From a virus, in IMG/VR virus record IMGVR_UViG_3300047160_015156, positions 1 through 64,000 of that record: DNA of 64,000 nt; one strand, given 5' to 3'. The notes beneath the pieces were generated by a model. It had not been told where the DNA came from and searched no databases. It was given only the letters and a program-made list of their open reading frames with translations. Of the stretch, positions 55,895 through 64,000 are shown piece by piece. Each line of letters starts with the position of its first letter. Positions within the stretch are counted from its first letter, which is position 1. The translations under genes were made by a program, and so were the position numbers.

Positions 55895-57025
55895 ATGACC
55901 ACCATCCATGCCCACGCGTCGACCTCTGCCGAAGCCACCCGCGCCCGCGCCATTCTCGAGAAGAAGGTTCAGGACGGACGCGCCGGCGCCGCGGGTCTCT
56001 TCGAGCGCGTCTTCAATCAGGCGCCCACGGACGCGATTGCAAAGGTCGACGCGTTGCGGTTCCACGGCTACGGTCACGGCCACATCGACCGTTTCGGCGA
56101 GGGTTTCCATGTCGAGATCGGCGACAAGATCCAGACCATCCACCGTCACGCGCTTTCGCAGATCGCGAGCCGCGCCGACGCTCCGCCCGCCTACATCACC
56201 GAGCTCTCCGATGGTGATTCTTGGAAGCGCGAGATGGCGGCGGAGATCCTGAACCGCTCCTTCCACCACGGGCACAAGGGAGAGCGCGCGCTCGTCCGGT
56301 CCGTCGGTTCCCAGGTCCGTGGCTTCCTCAGCGACCGCTACCGCCGTCTCGACTCGCGCCCCCTGCTCGAGGCGTTCGCGACCACGTGCCAGGATGTGGG
56401 TGCGGTTCCCGTCGACGGCACGGTCACTGACCTCCGCGTGACGATGAAGGCACTCCTTCCGGTCGTCTTCGAGCCGGTCAAGGGCGAGGCTCTTTGCCTC
56501 GGGGTCGAATGGGGGAACTCGGACTACGGCGCCGCGCGTCACTCGGTTCGCGCGTTCATCCTCCGCCTCTTGTGCCTCAACGGTGCCACGATGGAGGACG
56601 CCCTGTCCCAGGTTCACCTTGGTGGTCGCCTCACCGACGACATCGAGTTCAGCAACAAGACCTACGAGCTCGACACGAAGGCATCCATCTCGGCCCTCAA
56701 GGATGTCGTGAAGGGGACGCTCTCCGAGCCCAAGGTCAAGGCCCTGCTCGAAGGCATCAAGGCGGCGGATGAGAAGAAGGTCGATTGGAAGCGGGTGAAG
56801 ACGTCGCTCGCGAAGAAGCTCCTCGCCTCGGAGATCAAGGCCGTCGAGCAGAGCTTTCAGAGCGAGGACGTCGTGATGCTCCCCCAGGGCGCCAGCGTGT
56901 GGCGGGTGAGCAACGCGATCTCGTGGCTCGCGGGTTCGACCGCGGATGCGGATCGCAAACTCGAGCTCCAACGCCTCGCCGGCGAGGTCATCAACGGAAA
57001 GTCGGACGCGGCAATCGCGGCCTAA
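55895..57025 (+). CDS. DUF932-like protein
   Basis: VRGFLSDRYRRLD, GNSDYG, LRLLCLNG; SD GAGGAG; strong codon bias. Confidence 0.7.
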   Translation: MTTIHAHASTSAEATRARAILEKKVQDGRAGAAGLFERVFNQAPTDAIAKVDALRFHGYGHGHIDRFGEGFHVEIGDKIQTIHRHALSQIASRADAPPAYITELSDGDSWKREMAAEILNRSFHHGHKGERALVRSVGSQVRGFLSDRYRRLDSRPLLEAFATTCQDVGAVPVDGTVTDLRVTMKALLPVVFEPVKGEALCLGVEWGNSDYGAARHSVRAFILRLLCLNGATMEDALSQVHLGGRLTDDIEFSNKTYELDTKASISALKDVVKGTLSEPKVKALLEGIKAADEKKVDWKRVKTSLAKKLLASEIKAVEQSFQSEDVVMLPQGASVWRVSNAISWLAGSTADADRKLELQRLAGEVINGKSDAAIAA

Positions 57026-57052
57026 GGAGACTGAGGAAGGGCAGCGCGAGCG

Positions 57053-57070
57053 AGGGGGCTTCGGGCCCCC
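57053..57070 (+). terminator. GC hairpin with a UUCG-containing loop after the DUF932-like gene
   Basis: GGGGGCTTCGGGCCCCC; no clear U tract. Confidence 0.4.
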
Positions 57071-57229
57071 ACCCTTCCTCGACTGCGGGCGTGCAGGTTG
57101 AACATCGCGCCACTCTGCCGTCGGAGTCCTAGGCTCCGCCGTCGGGGGATGCCCCCGAGAACGACCCCTCGCCGAGAAGCCCGGGTCAGAGCTCGAAGGC
57201 ATCCCCCGGCGTATGCCGAGGAGGACTTT

Positions 57230-57730
57230 ATGGGACGCCGCGAAAGACACCCGACGCAGCTTGACGAGAACCGGTATGTGGGGGAGGGTGCGCTCGACGC
57301 CTTTCGGCAGCTATCCGAGGCCGTCACGCAAGGGGGGCAGAGAATGGAACAGGCCTACATCGACGAGCGGGCGATCGCGACGAAACTCCTCGGAGACCTC
57401 CGCGAAGCCATCAAGGGGTGCCTTCCGACGATCTCATCCAAAACCGGACTTCCCCCACCTTTCGACACCGGTGTCTTCCTTGTCGAGCGCAAGGGCGTGA
57501 AGCTCTACCTCCTCGAAGAGGGGGGATTCGTCGTCAACGAGTTCGGGACGGTGTCCATGCTGAACCATCGGGAGGTGGTCGAGGCGCGGTGGTCCATTCG
57601 GGAGATCGCTCTCGCACTCGCCGAGGAGATGAGCGCGAATGTGGACGGGCAGGATCGGAAGGTCCGTTTCGTTGAGAGGATGGCACGAAAGATGAAAGCA
57701 GTCGCCGAGCTCCTGGACCCGGAAAAGTAA
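57230..57730 (+). CDS. Hypothetical protein
   Basis: SD GAGGAGG before ATG 57230. Confidence 0.65.
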   Translation: MGRRERHPTQLDENRYVGEGALDAFRQLSEAVTQGGQRMEQAYIDERAIATKLLGDLREAIKGCLPTISSKTGLPPPFDTGVFLVERKGVKLYLLEEGGFVVNEFGTVSMLNHREVVEARWSIREIALALAEEMSANVDGQDRKVRFVERMARKMKAVAELLDPEK

Positions 57731-57786
57731 CAGACTTTCCACAAGATTCACGTATCATCAAAGCATCGGGCGGGGAGGAATACCGG

Positions 57787-58062
57787 ATGCGAATGATGTC
57801 TAGGAAGCTCCTTCTTGGGGCGATCAACGAAGCAGTTGCGGCAAAGTCACTCAAGGAACGACTGCGCGATGTTACGATCGCCTTGATGGCGGCGTTTCCG
57901 GAGGGCTATCGGTTCGTCATCGTCGTGGAGGATGGTCAAGATCTGACCTTCACCTCCGGTGAGACTAGTCGAGAGCAAGCGATCCGGATGCTCGAGGAGA
58001 CGTTGTCGATGATGAAGCGGCATCCTCCCGAGCGTGGACAACCCGCTCGTTCTCGAGGGTGA
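57787..58062 (+). CDS. Hypothetical protein
   Basis: SD GGAGG. Confidence 0.6.
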   Translation: MRMMSRKLLLGAINEAVAAKSLKERLRDVTIALMAAFPEGYRFVIVVEDGQDLTFTSGETSREQAIRMLEETLSMMKRHPPERGQPARSRG

Positions 58063-58864
58063 CAACTTCGACGGCATGCAGAAGCTTCTCCGGGACATAG
58101 GCCCGGAGTTCGCGCTCATCTACATGGACCCGCCGTTCTATACGCAGCGGGAACACACGATGACCTCGGGAGAGCATGCGTTCTCCGACGTGTGGCCGTC
58201 GCGTCGAGCGTTTCTCAACAACCTCTCGAGTCGATTGAAGCTCGCGCGAGAGCTCCTCGATGATCGAGGGTCGCTCGTCCTCCACCTGAATTGGCGAACC
58301 TCGCATTACGCGAAGCTGCTCGGAGACGAGATCTTCGGCGAGGACGCGTTCGTGAGCGAGATCGTGTGGAGGTACCGGAGATGGCCGACGGCGACGCCGA
58401 ACTTTCAGAGGATGCACGATGTTCTCCTTCGCTGGGTGAAGAACCCGAAGGCGGAGCCGCGGTGGACGCAGCTCTACGAACCCTTGGCGCCGTCGACGCA
58501 AAAGGTGTGGAAGGGCAAGCGGCAGAAAGCGGTCACCAACGAGTGGGGCAAGCGCAAGAGGAGTTCCGTATCCGAAGAGCCTTCGCCCGGAGCTCCTATG
58601 GGCGACGTCTGGGACATCAGCGTCGTTGCGCCGAGCTCGCGCGAGCGCACGGGCTACCCTACGCAAAAGCCAACGGAATTGACCACCCGGCTCATCCTCG
58701 CCCTCACGGAGGAGAACGACCGAGTCTTGGACCCGTACGCGGGCTCGGGGACGACGCTCATGTCAGCGAACGCGCTTCACCGCCAAGCCTACGGGATCGA
58801 TTCGAGTCCGGTTGCATGTCGGGTGATGGCGGAGCGGATGACCATCGACCGGGTCATAATCTGA
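58034..58864 (+). CDS. Orphan N6-adenine/N4-cytosine DNA methyltransferase (beta class)
   Basis: YMDPPF precedes YPTQKP and DPYAGSGTT. Confidence 0.9.
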   Translation: MDNPLVLEGDNFDGMQKLLRDIGPEFALIYMDPPFYTQREHTMTSGEHAFSDVWPSRRAFLNNLSSRLKLARELLDDRGSLVLHLNWRTSHYAKLLGDEIFGEDAFVSEIVWRYRRWPTATPNFQRMHDVLLRWVKNPKAEPRWTQLYEPLAPSTQKVWKGKRQKAVTNEWGKRKRSSVSEEPSPGAPMGDVWDISVVAPSSRERTGYPTQKPTELTTRLILALTEENDRVLDPYAGSGTTLMSANALHRQAYGIDSSPVACRVMAERMTIDRVII

Positions 58865-58884
58865 ACGTGGTCTATTCCCTCGAC

Positions 58885-59034
58885 ATGGTGTTTTCTGAGA
58901 ACGATTCCGGGACCGTGGAGGTCCTCGCGCCTTGGATGGACGAGCCGATTCAGGCCAAGTCCTTCGAGGAGGCGTATTGGGCCGCGCTCGCTCTCCGGAG
59001 CCAACCCCGAAAGGTGATCGCGGACGCAGAATGA
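58885..59034 (+). CDS. Small hypothetical protein (49 aa)
   Basis: MVFSENDSGTVEVLAPW...; fills the gap before thyX. Confidence 0.45.
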   Translation: MVFSENDSGTVEVLAPWMDEPIQAKSFEEAYWAALALRSQPRKVIADAE

Positions 59035-59052
59035 CGCGGCATCTTCTCCACC

Positions 59053-59751
59053 ATGGAGAAGGTGAACGTCCTGGATCACGGCTACGTCGGCCTCGTGGAG
59101 GCGTGGGGCTCCGATGAGCGAATCATCGAGGCCGCGCGGATGTCTACGAGCGGGGGCTTCGTGTCCTGGGATGCCTATGAAGGGCATCCCAAGGGAGACG
59201 CTGGCCTCCTCTCGTACCTCTGGAAGAACGAGCACGCGACGCCGTTCGAGATGGTGGGTCTGACCTTTGAGGTCCTGGCCCCCATCTTCGTTCTCCGGGA
59301 GTGGCATCGTCACCGCGTCCCCTTCGGCTACAACGAGGCCAGCGCTCGCTACGCCCCGCTCCCCGACGTCAACTACCGGCCTTCGGTGGAGCGTCTCTTC
59401 ATGTCCGCAGGCGCGAACAAGCAAGCGGCTTCCACCGGCCTCGAGCTAACGCTCGAGAACGCGGCGACGTGGGATGAGCGTGTGGAGCACTTCTACGATC
59501 TCGCGCAAGAGCTCTACGAGTTCGGCCTCACGGTTGGAATTCCGAAGGAGCTCGCGCGCATCGTCCTTCCCGTAGGTCGCTACTCGAAGATGCGGGCGAC
59601 GGGCAATCTCCGTGGCTGGCTCGCGTTCATGAAGCTCCGAGCGCACCCGAGGGCGCAGTACGAGATCCGCGTTTACGCTGACGCGATCGGAAAGTTCATC
59701 GCCGAGAAGTTTCCGAGGACATGGCACCTCTATCAAGAGGGGAAGGGATGA
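59053..59751 (+). CDS. thyX: FAD-dependent thymidylate synthase
   Basis: H.TPFE, APIFV.REWHRHR...NEASARY, KELARIVLP, AQYEIR. Confidence 0.95.
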   Translation: MEKVNVLDHGYVGLVEAWGSDERIIEAARMSTSGGFVSWDAYEGHPKGDAGLLSYLWKNEHATPFEMVGLTFEVLAPIFVLREWHRHRVPFGYNEASARYAPLPDVNYRPSVERLFMSAGANKQAASTGLELTLENAATWDERVEHFYDLAQELYEFGLTVGIPKELARIVLPVGRYSKMRATGNLRGWLAFMKLRAHPRAQYEIRVYADAIGKFIAEKFPRTWHLYQEGKG

Positions 59752-59754
59752 GAG

Positions 59755-60189
59755 ATGCGGAAGAGCTGGGCCGACTACTTCTTGGGGATCGCGCAGGCGG
59801 TCTCGGAGCGGGCAACCTGCGATCGACTCCATGTCGGTTGCGTACTCGTGGAAACGGACACCAAGGTCATTCTCGCGACCGGGTACAACGGGAGCGTCCG
59901 CGGCGCTCCCCACTGCGACGATGTCGGGCACGACATGGATCACGGCCACTGCGTGCGCACTGTTCACGCCGAGGGCAATGCTATCGCTCAAGCCGCGTCT
60001 CGTGGCATATCTGTTGCCGGCGCTACCGCCTACCTCACGGCGCGACCGTGTTGGCCCTGTTGCAAGTTGCTCCTCAACTCGGGGATCGTTCGCATCGTCT
60101 ACGCGGCATCGTATCGGGATGATGAGCGGGTCACGAATGCGTGCATGCAAGCGCGCGTCGATCTCGTGCATCACCCGGTGACACCATGA
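59755..60189 (+). CDS. dCMP deaminase
   Basis: TGYNG, HAEGNAI, PCWPC. Confidence 0.92.
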   Translation: MRKSWADYFLGIAQAVSERATCDRLHVGCVLVETDTKVILATGYNGSVRGAPHCDDVGHDMDHGHCVRTVHAEGNAIAQAASRGISVAGATAYLTARPCWPCCKLLLNSGIVRIVYAASYRDDERVTNACMQARVDLVHHPVTP

Positions 60190-60716
60190 CGCTCGAGAAT
60201 CTCCCTGATCCGCCGGAGTCCGAAGTCCTGCGAAAGATGCCCCTGCAGAAGCCGGGGAAGTCCAAGCAAGACTATGCGACGCCGATGGAGTTCATCCGCG
60301 CGGTCGAGGGTCGCTTCGGGACGCTGCGCCACGACCTTGCCGCACATGAAGGAAACCATCGATGCGAAACGTTTTTCAGCCCGGAGCAGAATTCGTTGGT
60401 CCAGCCGTGGGCCCAACTGTTCCCGGAGGGGAATCTCTGGCTCAATCCGCCCTACTCGGACATCGGGCCGTGGGCGAAGAAGTGCGCGGAGGAGTCGATC
60501 AAGAGAGGCGGACTGATCCTCTTCCTCACGCCTGCGAGCATCGGATCGGAGTGGTTCGCGGACCATGTGGAGGGGAAGGCGCTGGTCCTCGGTCTCAGAC
60601 CACGCCTTTCATTCGACGGGAAGAACCCGTACCCGAAGGACTGCATCCTGAGTGTGTACGGGATCGATGTACTCCACCGCCCCCTCCGCGGATTCGAGAC
60701 GTGGAGGTGGAAGTGA
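60186..60716 (+). CDS. Phage Dam-type N6-adenine methyltransferase
   Basis: DYATP, DLAA...N, WLNPPYS, WF, RLSF. Confidence 0.85.
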   Translation: MTLENLPDPPESEVLRKMPLQKPGKSKQDYATPMEFIRAVEGRFGTLRHDLAAHEGNHRCETFFSPEQNSLVQPWAQLFPEGNLWLNPPYSDIGPWAKKCAEESIKRGGLILFLTPASIGSEWFADHVEGKALVLGLRPRLSFDGKNPYPKDCILSVYGIDVLHRPLRGFETWRWK

Positions 60717-61234
60717 GCTCGAGGTCCCCTCTTCCGAACGACTTCGACATCGCGCCGGCGAAGTTCTACGCCCCCGCGGCGACGTCCAAGCCCACGGAGC
60801 CACCTGACTCTGATCGGGGTCGCAAAAGCGCGCTGGATAGTCTCCTGGGCGCGGCGCGGAGGGTTGAGGAGGCGCTCCTCAGGGCGCGGCTTCAGCGTGA
60901 GGTCACTCCCGAGCTCGACGCAGAGATCGCGACGATGACGAAGGCGCGGTACGTGTTCGAGCGCGCACTGGGGCCGGTCGTGCACCAACTCAAGTGCGAT
61001 CCCGAGCCTTTCAACGCGGTCAAGCGGGGGCTCAAGTTCTGCGAGGTCCGGAAGTTCGACCGAGACTTCCGTGTGGGTGACATCCTCATCCTGTCCTCCT
61101 ATGACCGAGAGAAGAAAGTCTTCACGGGGGAGCGGCTCAGGGTCGAGGTCACCCACATCGTGCCGCCCGGGGAATACGGTTTGCCGGAGGACGTGGGAGT
61201 TCTGAGCATCGAGGTCACCATCGAGACGATCTGA
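60713..61234 (+). CDS. ASCH/DUF3850-domain protein
   Basis: HQLK..PEPFNAV.RG.KFCEVRK.DRDFRVGD.L.L. Confidence 0.8.
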   Translation: MSSRSPLPNDFDIAPAKFYAPAATSKPTEPPDSDRGRKSALDSLLGAARRVEEALLRARLQREVTPELDAEIATMTKARYVFERALGPVVHQLKCDPEPFNAVKRGLKFCEVRKFDRDFRVGDILILSSYDREKKVFTGERLRVEVTHIVPPGEYGLPEDVGVLSIEVTIETI

Positions 61235-61237
61235 TCT

Positions 61238-61255
61238 CTGAACATCGATGTTCAG
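61238..61255. repeat. Dispersed perfect palindrome, copy 5 (CTGAACATCGATGTTCAG)
   Basis: Read directly; intergenic, 3 nt after a stop codon. Confidence 0.95.
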
Positions 61256-61274
61256 GCGGGAAGGGGGAGCGGGA

Positions 61275-61538
61275 ATGGATTCCAAGATGGTCGACGCTAT
61301 GAAAGTGCTCGAGGGCTTCCGACAGAACGTCATCGCGGCCCAAGCGGAGGTCACGCGCCGCCAAGCCGACCTCGCGCGCGCCGAAAAGGATCTAGAGGGC
61401 AAGCGCGCCGCCTACCGCAAGGCCCATCGCGAGATGACGGACATCCTCTCCGGTCATCTCAAGGAGCTCGCGCCGGAGAAGGCGGCGGAGTTCGAGGACC
61501 CTCGCGGCTACCACCTCGACAACCCGACGACGGAATGA
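61275..61538 (+). CDS. Hypothetical coiled-coil protein
   Basis: SD GGGAG; ORF in the co-directional string. Confidence 0.6.
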   Translation: MDSKMVDAMKVLEGFRQNVIAAQAEVTRRQADLARAEKDLEGKRAAYRKAHREMTDILSGHLKELAPEKAAEFEDPRGYHLDNPTTE

Positions 61539-61810
61539 GGAAGCCCTACTTCGTCATCCGCGCCGGCTACTTCCTCCGTCTCGATGGGCCGTTTGCGTAC
61601 CCGAGGTGGATGGCTCAGGTCGCCGACGCGACTCCGCTCCTGAAGTGCCACGCGGCGGCGTGGGCGGAGGTCTACCGGGGTCGCTTCGTGCCGGTGACCG
61701 CGTTCATGGCGACGGACGAGGATGACGTTCATGTGAACAAGGCGCCGATTACAGAGCGCGTACCCGCAACCAAACCCGAGGGATCCGCAGGACCACGCGG
61801 CATCTTCTGA
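61535..61810 (+). CDS. Hypothetical protein
   Basis: ATGA overlap. Confidence 0.55.
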   Translation: MRKPYFVIRAGYFLRLDGPFAYPRWMAQVADATPLLKCHAAAWAEVYRGRFVPVTAFMATDEDDVHVNKAPITERVPATKPEGSAGPRGIF

Positions 61811-61812
61811 GC

Positions 61813-62361
61813 ATGATCGACGGCATCATCAAGTTCGCCCTCGCCTACGTCGTGACCGCGCTCCGACTCCCCCACCGCTGCATCACCCGCGACGACGGAG
61901 ATCCCTACCTCCACCGCTGGTACCTCTGCGGCGAAGACGGAGGCCTGAAGTACTTCCCTGAGGGACAGCGGGCTAAGCGGTGGTGGCAATACCTCATGAC
62001 GTGGATGCCGTGCGTCTACGTTCATCGGTTCGTGTCTTCAGACATCGATCCCGAGCTCCACAACCATCCATGGACCGCGGTCTCGCTCGTCTTGGTCGGC
62101 GGGTATGACGAGGAGCGTCGCGTCGACTCCATCTCGGCGAAGGGTGGCTTCAAGGTGGTCCTGCAACGGATCAAGCCGTTCATGCTGAACCGTCTGAACG
62201 CCGACACCTTCCACCGTGTCCTTCTCATCGGCGACCAAGAGGCGTGGTCGATCATCAAGTGCGGAGAGAAGGTGCAGACATGGGGCTTCTGGTCGGCGGA
62301 GACGGGCGAGTTCGTGCATCACAAGGTGCACGCTGCGCGGAAGAACCGAGCCGCGGCTTGA
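61813..62361 (+). CDS. Cupin-like hypothetical phage protein
   Basis: PYLHRWY, VHRF..SD....LHNHPW, GGYDEE, FHRV. Confidence 0.7.
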   Translation: MIDGIIKFALAYVVTALRLPHRCITRDDGDPYLHRWYLCGEDGGLKYFPEGQRAKRWWQYLMTWMPCVYVHRFVSSDIDPELHNHPWTAVSLVLVGGYDEERRVDSISAKGGFKVVLQRIKPFMLNRLNADTFHRVLLIGDQEAWSIIKCGEKVQTWGFWSAETGEFVHHKVHAARKNRAAA

Positions 62362-62366
62362 AGACC

Positions 62367-62720
62367 ATGATCTTTTGCGAGCACGCGAACGAGTGTCCTC
62401 AGCGGTGTCCCTGTCCTGAGGACTGCGCGTGTAAAGAGATCATGTGCGCGCCGACGACGCAGCGCGAAGCCCAAGTCTTCGAGCTCCACGATGAGGCGAA
62501 GGCACGAATCCAACGTCAGGTCGCGCGCCGCAAGATCGACATGGGGGAAGAGCTCCTTCGCGAGGCCTTCGACACCTTCGGCCGCCCGCTCCCCCAAGAC
62601 GTGTTCCGGCGGATGCGTCGGCTCTTCCTCGACTACGATCTCTTCCTCAAGCTTCCGCTCATCCCCCGGCCCAAACCCGTCGACTCCGCTGATCCGGCGG
62701 AGGAGGAAACGCTTCCATGA
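62367..62720 (+). CDS. Hypothetical protein with a Cys-rich N-terminus
   Basis: CEHANECPQRCPCPEDCAC. Confidence 0.55.
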   Translation: MIFCEHANECPQRCPCPEDCACKEIMCAPTTQREAQVFELHDEAKARIQRQVARRKIDMGEELLREAFDTFGRPLPQDVFRRMRRLFLDYDLFLKLPLIPRPKPVDSADPAEEETLP

Positions 62721-63016
62721 GCTCGTGGTGGGAAGCCGTACTTGGCAAGAAGAAGGGTCCCTCGTACGAGGAGCTCCAGGAAAAGATCAAGGACCTCGAG
62801 TCAGTCGTCGACCAACAGCAGGGGGAGAACAAGGACACGCGCCGGCGCCTCCTCGCTTACCTTGCCGAGGAGGCAGCGATCAGGAAGAAGCTCGGAGATG
62901 CCCTCGAGTTCTACGCAGACCGCGATAACTGGGCGTGGAAACTGGTCACGCCAGCGGACCCGGCCGCGGTACGCGACCGTGGGCGTCGCGCGAGACGAGC
63001 TCTCGGTAAAGACTGA
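62717..63016 (+). CDS. Hypothetical coiled-coil protein
   Basis: SD GGAGG; ALEFYAD..NW..DRG.RAR.AL. Confidence 0.65.
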   Translation: MSSWWEAVLGKKKGPSYEELQEKIKDLESVVDQQQGENKDTRRRLLAYLAEEAAIRKKLGDALEFYADRDNWAWKLVTPADPAAVRDRGRRARRALGKD

Positions 63017-63020
63017 GGAC

Positions 63021-63200
63021 GTGGGCCAGCGGATCCAATACTTCTCGGACAGGCACGGGTGGTGCACATCGATGTACCCGCCCTCCCGTTGGGATTACGT
63101 CATCGCGACCGAGGGTGAGCACATGGCTTACCGCATCATCGATGAGAAGGGGAACGTTCTGAGAGAGTGGCACCCGATCAAACCTTTGGTCATTCCGTAG
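63021..63200 (+). CDS. Small hypothetical protein
   Basis: Open frame fills the gap; start uncertain. Confidence 0.45.
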   Translation: MGQRIQYFSDRHGWCTSMYPPSRWDYVIATEGEHMAYRIIDEKGNVLREWHPIKPLVIP

Positions 63201-63228
63201 GCGGCATCCTCGGACTGAGGTGAATCGG

Positions 63229-63495
63229 ATGAGTGAGAAGGAAGAGAGCTCGAAGTCTGCGGCGTCGGGCGGGATCGGTACGATCGGTCTCTTGGGAGTG
63301 CTGTTCGTTGGGCTGAAGCTCACGCACCAGATCGATTGGTCATGGTGGTGGGTCACGCTTCCGTTCTGGGGAGCGATCGGTCTCGTCCTCAGCATCCTCG
63401 TCCTCGCCGTCACTGGAGCCGGCGTCATCCTGCTCGTGGATAAGGTCACCGCTCTTTTCGCCCGGCGATCCATCAAGCGCATGGGAGGTCAGTGA
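63229..63495 (+). CDS. Membrane protein (2-3 TM segments)
   Basis: GLLGVLFVGLKLT..IDWSWWWV..P.W; SD GAGG (alternative GTG start at 63220). Confidence 0.75.
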   Translation: MSEKEESSKSAASGGIGTIGLLGVLFVGLKLTHQIDWSWWWVTLPFWGAIGLVLSILVLAVTGAGVILLVDKVTALFARRSIKRMGGQ

Positions 63496-63746
63496 TGCTG
63501 CGTCGATACCTGTCCACGTTCCTCGTTCTCGTTGCCTTGCTCGTGGCGTGCACCGATGACGTGAGGACCAAGTCAACCCTCGATCAAGCCGGCTACACCG
63601 ACGTGCAGACGACGGGGTACGCGATGGCAGCGTGTTCGGACGATGACCAGTATCACACGGGGTTCGTTGCCACGAACCCGCTAGGGAACCGCGTCCACGG
63701 CGTGGTCTGTTGCGGGGTGTGGAAGAGCTGCACGATTCGTTTCTGA
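63495..63746 (+). CDS. Small lipoprotein
   Basis: LVAC lipobox; CS.DD...TGF.A....G..V.GVVCCG..KSCTIRF. Confidence 0.75.
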   Translation: MLRRYLSTFLVLVALLVACTDDVRTKSTLDQAGYTDVQTTGYAMAACSDDDQYHTGFVATNPLGNRVHGVVCCGVWKSCTIRF

Positions 63747-63784
63747 GGCACCTGAACACATCGAAACGGTGAAGGGAAAAGACA

Positions 63785-64000
63785 ATGCACTATCGCAACG
63801 GACGTGAAGCGAAGAATGGGGACAAGGTCGTCCAGCTCTCTTACGAGGGCGGCAAGATCGTAGGCACCGGCATCCTGTACGACGCGGTGGCTGGCAACGA
63901 CTACTGCAATGGCATGGTGGCGCCGATCGCGTCGTCCGCCGCATGCCTGATCGACTGCATCCACGCTGACGATCTCGCCGCGATCCTCGCTGAGAAGGGC
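63785..64000 (+). CDS. Hypothetical phage protein (truncated by the window end)
   Basis: MHYRNGREAKNGDKVV...GNDYCNG; open to the end of the window. Confidence 0.65.
   Translation, partial: MHYRNGREAKNGDKVVQLSYEGGKIVGTGILYDAVAGNDYCNGMVAPIASSAACLIDCIHADDLAAILAEKG

Noticed and set aside
2113-61255. 18-bp palindromes as CRISPR repeats, IS ends or canonical parS/LexA boxes
   Set aside because: They are kilobases apart with no spacers, transposase or target duplications. The sequence differs from parS, and the spacer is 6 bp rather than the 4 bp of the Myxococcus LexA box.
1-64000. tRNA genes, integrase/att sites, terminase
   Set aside because: None was recognisable by eye. The terminase probably lies outside the window, and lifestyle cannot be determined here.

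Overview
This is a 64-kb slice of a GC-rich tailed bacteriophage with a contractile (myovirus-type) tail. Almost every gene is on the + strand. The left arm (1-31.5 kb) carries a papain-like peptidase, a lipoprotein and a GH25 lysin, followed by portal, head morphogenesis, scaffold, major capsid, neck, sheath, tube, tail chaperones with a -1 frameshift, tape measure, baseplate and fibre genes. An HNH endonuclease is inserted antisense between sheath and tube. The right arm (31.8-64 kb) carries an SF2 helicase, DnaB, primase, a sigma-like protein, PolB, an SSB-like protein, RecA, DinG, SbcCD, a resolvase, a ParB-like protein, nucleotide-metabolism genes (dNMP kinase, ThyX, dCMP deaminase, 5'-nucleotidase), two DNA methyltransferases and many small genes. 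I saw no terminase, integrase, tRNA or CRISPR array. Lipoprotein style and codon usage hint at a myxobacterial host (inference). Three signals are not explained by the gene list. (1) A perfect 18-bp palindrome, CTGAACATCGATGTTCAG, occurs five times at 9.5-20 kb spacing. (2) A motif GCGGCATC(C/T)T, confined to the right arm, behaves like a -10-only promoter, often for leaderless genes, and may be read by a divergent phage sigma factor. (3) A highly structured, switch-like RNA lies between the tail tube and tail chaperone genes. All product calls come from reading motifs by eye; no database searches were run.
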